DNA of 64,000 nucleotides from an uncultured archaeon (GTDB lineage Archaea; Altiarchaeota; Altiarchaeia; IMC4; SCGC-AAA252-I15): NCBI GenBank assembly GCA_902384455.1, contig CABMCB010000071.1, positions 139,315 to 203,314 of the forward strand, read 5' to 3'. Shown piece by piece: positions 58,888 to 64,000 of this stretch (position 1 is its first letter; each line of letters starts with the position of its first letter). The notes under the pieces were generated by a model. It saw only the letters and a program-made list of their open reading frames with translations, ran no database searches and was not told where the DNA came from. The position numbers and the translations under genes were made by a program.

Positions 58888-58955
58888 AAAACCATCATAT
58901 TTAAATATGAAAACATATACCATACTGAAGTATAATATAAATCATTAAAAATGAG
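58888..58955. promoter_or_regulatory. AT-rich block (multiple TATA-like boxes) between the two element/small-ORF units
   Basis: catcatatttaaatatgaaaacatataccatactgaagtataatataaatcattaaaaatg lies in an otherwise ~58% GC region. Confidence 0.3.
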
Positions 58956-59068
58956 TTCCGCCCTAATTAAACGGGCCTCACGGCAGCATTCTATCGTATT
59001 GAGGCGGAGCTGTACGTCGGTGGGCGGACGTACTAGTCGACTCTGGATTCAGACATCCCGCAAATAAT

Positions 59069-59148
59069 GGCGGCGTCTGAGAAACAGAGTCCGGCCACCT
59101 AAAGGGGGTGGAGGACCTGGATTTTCTTGGGATGCCGCGTGTGGCCTT
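59069..59148 (+). promoter_or_regulatory. Copy 2 of the ~80-nt conserved non-coding element
   Basis: ggcggcgtctgagaaacagagtccggccacctaaagggggtggaggacctggattttcttgggatgccg. CCACC/GGUGG hairpin, with compensatory changes relative to copy 1. Confidence 0.4.
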
Positions 59149-59184
59149 TTCCCTTTTTGACTTCCGTAACGGAGGTTGGAGAGG

Positions 59185-59316
59185 ATGGAAAACAAGACGA
59201 AAACTAAACGGTCCAAAGAGATGCCGTCGGGAATGCAGCGCGTCAAAGAAAGCGTCTACGACCCCTACAACCTACTCCCCGCCGAGTGGAAGACCATAAG
59301 ACCCGAGGAGAGGTAG
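59185..59316 (+). CDS. 43-aa small protein MENKTKTKRSKEMPSGMQRVKESVYDPYNLLPAEWKTIRPEER
   Basis: Intact ORF 37 nt downstream of element copy 2. Its C-terminal motif YDPYNLLPAEWK is shared with the interrupted copy at 58684-58797. Confidence 0.4.
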   Translation: MENKTKTKRSKEMPSGMQRVKESVYDPYNLLPAEWKTIRPEER

Positions 59317-59421
59317 CAAGTCGCCCCACAACATGGGTTGGGGCCGCTTTCCTTTAGCGTGAGCAACAGGAATTTGCCGTCTAACGCAAGTTTTTCTGTT
59401 CGTCCGTCTTCATTTTCTACT

Positions 59422-59925
59422 ATGGGTTTGTTCGCCAAAATGAAGCATCCGCGCGCAGGGGCAGTGTTCATAGTTTTCATGACGCTGCTGTCTTCAGTTC
59501 AAGCCATCGTGAGCACATTCACCAGTGATAATGTGGGGTTACCCTTTCTGGTTGTGACTTTGGTGATATACGGATTCGCCTACAAGCTCATCTGGGACTT
59601 CGTAGAAAGCAGCAAACTGTTTATGGAGTCTTATCTTCCGGTGCAACCGGGGCGCAAAGGATTCTGCAGCGGATGTGGAGTATGCTGCAGGATAATCAAC
59701 GACTGCATCTTCCTTTCCAAAGACAACCGCTGCCGGATATACTATATACGGCCGCCTACCTGCCGTAAGTTTCCTCGGTGCGAGTATGATTTGCTGACTC
59801 TAGTTGAGACATGCGATTATTATTGGGATAGTAAGAAGAGGCTTCCCAGTTTCTTTGAGGGGAAGCAGTTGGAGGAGAGAAAGAAGCGGTGGATGAAGGA
59901 GAACCCCGGTAAAAGCCCCGATTAA
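59422..59925 (+). CDS. YkgJ/UPF0153-type Cys-cluster (CxxCxxCC) protein
   Basis: Start at MGLFAKMKHP. One TM helix, then GFCSGCGVCCR ... CRIYYIRPPTCRKFPRCEY, matching the CxxCxxCC ...C...C putative Fe-S/Zn cluster family. Confidence 0.5.
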   Translation: MGLFAKMKHPRAGAVFIVFMTLLSSVQAIVSTFTSDNVGLPFLVVTLVIYGFAYKLIWDFVESSKLFMESYLPVQPGRKGFCSGCGVCCRIINDCIFLSKDNRCRIYYIRPPTCRKFPRCEYDLLTLVETCDYYWDSKKRLPSFFEGKQLEERKKRWMKENPGKSPD

Positions 59926-60587
59926 CCAGGTGTTTGCGCGGCTTCCTTGCATGCGCGGGCTAGTTCCGTGACGTCCTTGTTCATTGTGTTCCTGTTTATC
60001 AGGATGAAGTTGCTGCCTGTCCCTATGCAGATGAACTCAGGCACGCGGGTGGTTTTGGTGTTGCGGCCCAGGCATGTTAGTAGCGCAATGTCCATCTTGG
60101 TCGGGTAGTCGAGGTCTATGTACTCGAAGTGGTAGCCGCTGCTACCTACCTGTTTTACCTGCGTCTTTAGGGGCGTGCATATTGCGATGTGTTGGCGGCA
60201 CAGGAACGCGATTGTTTCTTTAGTGTACCCAAGTTGCTGTGCGCATTTGAAGGCCGCGTTTTCCATTGGCTCTTCGATTGTGGTGGTTGTTTCTACTTGG
60301 GGTTGGGTTGTCGTGGTTGTGGTAGTTGTCGTAGTGGTTGTGGTCGTCGTGGAGGTTGTTGTGGTCGATGTGGTAGTTTCTTTCGGAAGCGTCGTAGTAG
60401 TCTGGCTGTCGCAGACGCCGTTGCCGTCGCGGTCCAGGCAGCACCCTCCCGAAGGGTCGGGTATTGAAGGCGTAGCGCAGGGGCTGCCCTGCATCACGCT
60501 GTTGATGGAATTTTCTATGTACGGATGGCTAAGGCAGCCTGCCGTGAACACCAGCAGAGCAAATGACGCCACAACTCCCAGATGCAT
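59922..60587 (-). CDS. Lipoprotein with long poly-Thr linker and C-terminal Cys-containing domain
   Basis: Start at MHLGVVASFALLVFTAGC (lipobox). Contains [21 protein letters not shown] encoded by an imperfect ACN/GTN triplet repeat at ~60295-60385. Confidence 0.6.
   Translation of the reverse strand: MHLGVVASFALLVFTAGCLSHPYIENSINSVMQGSPCATPSIPDPSGGCCLDRDGNGVCDSQTTTTLPKETTTSTTTTSTTTTTTTTTTTTTTTQPQVETTTTIEEPMENAAFKCAQQLGYTKETIAFLCRQHIAICTPLKTQVKQVGSSGYHFEYIDLDYPTKMDIALLTCLGRNTKTTRVPEFICIGTGSNFILINRNTMNKDVTELARACKEAAQTPG
60295..60385 (-). repeat. Imperfect GTN/ACN triplet repeat encoding a (Thr)n linker
   Basis: The plus strand reads ggttgtcgtggttgtggtagttgtcgtagtggttgtggtcgtcgtggaggttgttgtggtcgatgtggtag. 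Confidence 0.6.
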
Positions 60588-60662
60588 ATAACAAGAAATG
60601 GGCGGGCTGCCTAAATACGCTGTATTTTTCTTCTTGATTGCATTATGTATGGTGGAGTCAAA

Positions 60663-61436
60663 ATGAAGGTAGTAAAAAACGTCGTTCACGTAGACAAGGA
60701 CCAGAATCTTACTTACGCTATAAACCTCATGGAAAAAAGGGGCGTTTCACGCCTCATAGTCACCGAAGACAGCGCAGTACTCGGCATAATAACAGAGGGC
60801 GACATAATCCGCCGCATGGGCTCCTCAAAAGGAAGGGACGTCCCAGCAACCCACCTACACGTGTCCTCAGCAATGACCCACGAAATAGTCACGCTACCAT
60901 TCGACGTGACGCTAAAGGAGGCCGCCCACCAGATGGTGAGGCAGAACAGGTATGGGTTTCCCCTTGTCGCAGGCGACACGATCACCGGCTGGATCACTAA
61001 GACGGATATCGCCGCTTCATTGTCCGGGTGCGAGAAGACGATTGCGGATGTTTACGACAAAAGCCCCGCAGCCCTCCGTTTCGACCAGTCTCTTGCTCAT
61101 GCGCGAGCCGAGATGGAGCGCACCGGAGTAGAACGCTTCCTGGTACTTGACAACAACGTATTAGTCGGCGTTTTGACTCACAAGGACGTCATGGCAGGCC
61201 TACTCATATCAAAGAAGTCCGTCGACCACCCGCACCACGCAGACCCCGGCAACATGCTCGTCGGATCCTTCATGACCGAAGCGCCCATGACGGTGAAACC
61301 AGAGCAGACGGTGGGTAAGGCCGTTGAGTTGATGCTTAAGCGGAAGGTTTCTGGTTTGCCTGTGGTGAGTTCTCCGTGGGGTCTTCTTACTAAGAAGAAT
61401 TTGGTGGCTGCGGTGGCTTCGGGGAAGCTTCCTTAG
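60663..61436 (+). CDS. CBS-domain protein (two CBS pairs)
   Basis: ~258 aa from MKVVKNVVHV; four CBS motifs (..GIITEGDIIRRM.., ..GWITKTDIAASL.., ..GVLTHKDVMAGL.., ..GLLTKKNLVAAV..). Confidence 0.8.
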   Translation: MKVVKNVVHVDKDQNLTYAINLMEKRGVSRLIVTEDSAVLGIITEGDIIRRMGSSKGRDVPATHLHVSSAMTHEIVTLPFDVTLKEAAHQMVRQNRYGFPLVAGDTITGWITKTDIAASLSGCEKTIADVYDKSPAALRFDQSLAHARAEMERTGVERFLVLDNNVLVGVLTHKDVMAGLLISKKSVDHPHHADPGNMLVGSFMTEAPMTVKPEQTVGKAVELMLKRKVSGLPVVSSPWGLLTKKNLVAAVASGKLP

Positions 61437-61514
61437 GTTTGTTGATTGCGAATCAGAGGAAAAGTTTATATACACCTAAACCCATACATAATCTCAGTTT
61501 CAGGTGGTCGCGTA

Positions 61515-61907
61515 ATGGACAGAAAACCGGCGAAAAGCATATTCGACGAACTCTACAGGCTGATGAATCATCTACTGCAGAATCCATACGCTCCCATCCG
61601 CCTCGCCGTAAGCGTTGCGGAAAAGCCGGCCCCCTACGCGGACATAATAGAAACGCCTCATGAAATCCACCTCACAGTGGAGCTGCCAAACGTGTCCCCA
61701 AACAAACTGCGCATTGGCGCAGACCGCCGCCTGCTGGAGATAAAAGCGTCAGGCTCAGACAGAACGCATCCCTCCCCCGCGGAAGGCGTACACAACTACG
61801 AACTTCCCGCGGACATACAGCCAAAAAGCCTGAAAATAACATTCCACAACAACATACTAAGCGTCATCGCCCAGAAAGCGCGGAAAGAAAAAATCAAAAT
61901 AAACTAA
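61515..61907 (+). CDS. Hsp20/alpha-crystallin family small heat-shock protein
   Basis: Start at [13 protein letters not shown]. Alpha-crystallin domain [26 protein letters not shown] ... [13 protein letters not shown]. Confidence 0.65.
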   Translation: MDRKPAKSIFDELYRLMNHLLQNPYAPIRLAVSVAEKPAPYADIIETPHEIHLTVELPNVSPNKLRIGADRRLLEIKASGSDRTHPSPAEGVHNYELPADIQPKSLKITFHNNILSVIAQKARKEKIKIN

Positions 61908-61938
61908 ATCAAAACACAACCAACAGGTGATGTAAAAA

Positions 61939-63552
61939 ATGACACAACAACCACAGCAACAATTCATCATACTACCGGAAAACATGATGAGAACGCGGGG
62001 CAGAGACGCCCAAGGACAAAACATCCTCGCAGCAAGAGTGATGGCGGAAATAGTCAAAACGACGCTGGGCCCAAGAGGCATGGACAAAATGCTCGTCGAT
62101 TCCACAGGCGACGTCACAATAACAAACGACGGAGCCACAATAGTCGAAAGCATAAACGTAGAGCACCCCGCAGCCAAGATGGTCGTTGAAGTCGCCAAGA
62201 CTCAGGACGAAGAAGTCGGCGACGGAACCACAACAGCAGTAATGCTGGTCGGAGAACTTCTCACCAACGCCGAAAAACTCCTTGAGCAAAGCATCCACCC
62301 GACAGTCATAGTCCGCGGATACCGCATGGCAGCCCAAAAAGCGCAGGACATAATCGATTCGGTAGGCAAGCCCATAACCCTCAAAGACACCGCGCTACTC
62401 ATGGAAATCGCCGGCACATCAATGACAGGAAAAAGCGCAGAAGCCCAAAAAGAAATCCTGTCCGATCTCACCGTAAAAGCCGTCCGGCAAGTCGCCGAAG
62501 AAGCAAACGGCAAAGTCAAAGTCGACCGCGACACAATCGCAATAGAAAAGAAGGCGGGCGGAAGCATCGCCGACAGCGAACTAATCAACGGCGTAGTCTT
62601 AGATAAGGAACGCGCAACACCCGGCATGCCAAAGAAGGCGGCCGACGCGAAAATAGCTCTTGTCGACTCCCCATTCGAGATAAAGAAAACGGAAACCGAC
62701 GCAAAAATAAGAATCACCTCCACAGACCAACTGCTGGCATTCGGCGAGCAGGAGGAGAAGATTCTGAAAGACAAAGTCGACGCAATAGTGAAATCAGGCG
62801 CAAACGTACTTTTCTGCCAGAAAGGAATAGACGACATCGCCCTACACTACCTAACCAAAGCAGGCATACTGACAGTCAAAAACGTGAGCGGCGACGACAT
62901 AAAAAAGCTCTCCAAAGCGACAGGAGCAACAATCGCAAGCAACCTCAAAGCACTCACCGCAAAAGACCTCGGATACGCCAAAACAGTTGAAGAAATCAAA
63001 ATAGGCGGAGACGAAATGATATTCGTCCGCGACTGCAAAAACCCCAAAGCAGTAGCAATACTAGCCAGAGGAGGAACAGAACACGTCGTAGACGAAATAG
63101 ACCGCAGCCTCAAAGACGCAGTAGGAAGTGTGGCAACAGCAGTCGAAGCAGGCAAAGTAGTCGCAGGAGGCGGCTCAATCGAAATCGAAGTAGCACGCGA
63201 AATAAGAAAATACGCAGAAACAATAGGCGGCCGCGAACAGCTTGCTGTGCAGGAGTTCGCCGACGCGCTTGAGTCCATACCCAAGCAGCTGGCCAAGAGC
63301 GCCGGAATGGACACTATAGACACTTTAGTCAAGCTTCGCGCCGAACACGAGAAGAAAGGCGGCCAGACAATCGGAGTCAACGTCTTCAAGGCGGAGACGG
63401 CCGACATGTGGCAGATTGGCGTGATTGAGCCGACTCGGACCAAGATTAATGCATTAAGAAGCGCGACTGAAGCTAGCGTACTTATCCTGCGCATAGACGA
63501 CGTTATTGCGTCAGGAAAGAAAGGCGGGGGAGGAGCCCCCGGGATGGAATAA
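61939..63552 (+). CDS. ths: Thermosome subunit (group II chaperonin)
   Basis: 537 aa. [24 protein letters not shown] and the C-terminal GGGAPGME tail are all typical of thermosome/CCT. Confidence 0.9.
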   Translation: MTQQPQQQFIILPENMMRTRGRDAQGQNILAARVMAEIVKTTLGPRGMDKMLVDSTGDVTITNDGATIVESINVEHPAAKMVVEVAKTQDEEVGDGTTTAVMLVGELLTNAEKLLEQSIHPTVIVRGYRMAAQKAQDIIDSVGKPITLKDTALLMEIAGTSMTGKSAEAQKEILSDLTVKAVRQVAEEANGKVKVDRDTIAIEKKAGGSIADSELINGVVLDKERATPGMPKKAADAKIALVDSPFEIKKTETDAKIRITSTDQLLAFGEQEEKILKDKVDAIVKSGANVLFCQKGIDDIALHYLTKAGILTVKNVSGDDIKKLSKATGATIASNLKALTAKDLGYAKTVEEIKIGGDEMIFVRDCKNPKAVAILARGGTEHVVDEIDRSLKDAVGSVATAVEAGKVVAGGGSIEIEVAREIRKYAETIGGREQLAVQEFADALESIPKQLAKSAGMDTIDTLVKLRAEHEKKGGQTIGVNVFKAETADMWQIGVIEPTRTKINALRSATEASVLILRIDDVIASGKKGGGGAPGME

Positions 63553-63563
63553 GAGTTTCGCCG

Positions 63564-64000
63564 ATGAAACACGGCAAGCGCATAATTCCCATCGGAGATG
63601 AAGAGGCCTCTGAAGCTAAGGCCAAGCCCGCCGAAGACGCAGGCGGCCCAGCCAACTCAGTTCGGCAGGGAGCCGAATCAAATCCTGAATTGGGTGCGGC
63701 CCAAGCTGAAGTCGCGTCTCTTACCGACCAAATTAAGCGTCTTGCCGCGGAATTCGACAACTACAAGAAGAGGGTGGAGCGCGACCGCAAATTAAGCGAG
63801 CAGTATGCTGCCGCTCCAGCGCTGACCAAACTGCTTTCCGTCTTGGACAACCTGACGAGAGCCAGGCAGTCAGCGGAGAAGACGCATGATGTGGCGTCTT
63901 ACGCCCGCGGGATTGAGATGACGGAACAGCAATTCAAAAAAGCGCTCGAAGAAGCCGGCGTAAAGGAAATCTCGACCGAAGGAGCGTTCAATCCCTCGCT
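63564..64000 (+). CDS. grpE: GrpE nucleotide-exchange factor (3' end outside window)
   Basis: MKHGKRII... with the coiled-coil segment LTDQIKRLAAEFDNYKKRVERDRK (GrpE hallmark FDNYRKR-like) and the following LDNL.RA region. Confidence 0.8.
   Translation, partial: MKHGKRIIPIGDEEASEAKAKPAEDAGGPANSVRQGAESNPELGAAQAEVASLTDQIKRLAAEFDNYKKRVERDRKLSEQYAAAPALTKLLSVLDNLTRARQSAEKTHDVASYARGIEMTEQQFKKALEEAGVKEISTEGAFNPS

Noticed and set aside
58222-58923. Minus-strand ORFs 58222-58410 (62 aa) and 58426-58923 (165 aa).
   Set aside because: They are antisense to the more plausible zinc-ribbon ORF and span the conserved element. The partial similarity between the 165-aa and 65-aa (59049-59246) minus ORFs is explained by nucleotide-level conservation with frame-breaking indels.
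58540-59150. Resemblance of gaaacagagtccggcc / ggaacagaacc to the RNase P RNA CR-IV (ACAGAANCCGGCU) region.
   Set aside because: No GGAAAGUCC (CR-I) or other conserved regions are nearby. The element is present twice, whereas rnpB is single-copy.
58888-59150. Replication origin (AT-rich DUE plus repeated ORB-like elements).
   Set aside because: The repeated element lacks the TCCA-TGGA dyad and G-string layout of archaeal ORBs. No orc1/cdc6 gene is adjacent. Kept only as a remote alternative.
1-64000. Search for tRNA, rRNA and CRISPR arrays.
   Set aside because: No GTTCGAATC-type T-loop contexts with cloverleaf partners and no regularly spaced direct repeats were found. The only short tandem repeats are coding GTN tracts.

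Overview
This is an archaeal chromosomal segment. The evidence is a TATA-binding protein, a group II chaperonin (thermosome), ribosomal protein S8e, archaeal-type 2,3-BPG-independent phosphoglycerate mutase, archaeal/eukaryal-type ProRS, geranylgeranyl reductases and pyruvoyl arginine decarboxylase. About 60 genes are densely packed. Background GC is roughly 55-58%. A pronounced low-GC tract runs from about 15.1 to 25.7 kb and begins inside a gene. A second short low-GC patch lies at about 27.65-28.36 kb. Housekeeping genes include dCMP deaminase, apgM, leuA/cimA-type synthase, S8e, msrB, proS, sod, tbp, fhs, trmI, PiT plus a PhoU-like regulator, a CPA2 antiporter, an Endo III-like glycosylase, an Hsp20, the thermosome and grpE. 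They are interleaved with an unusually large number of secreted or lipoprotein genes that carry Cys-rich modules and poly-Thr linkers. The features that look least well described are listed here. (1) A 1782-aa cytoplasmic HEAT-repeat protein has an unassigned roughly 400-aa C-terminal domain. (2) Several paralogous Cys-rich surface-protein modules occur: TSP3-like Ca-binding repeats with a CCCTK motif, a 'DPxxC...RDxC' Cys-pair repeat family, and CGDG/CGNG...E(E)CD repeats fused to a possible caspase-like His/Cys domain. (3) A roadblock/LC7 gene is translationally coupled to a FIST-domain gene whose 3' half switches base composition. (4) A zinc-ribbon DUF4145 protein sits in a low-GC patch. 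(5) A roughly 1.2 kb gene-poor region between fhs and a YkgJ-like gene holds two copies of an ~80-nt conserved non-coding element. Each copy is followed by a small ORF ending in YDPYxLLPxxWK, and one ORF is interrupted by an in-frame TGA. No tRNA, rRNA or CRISPR array was recognised.
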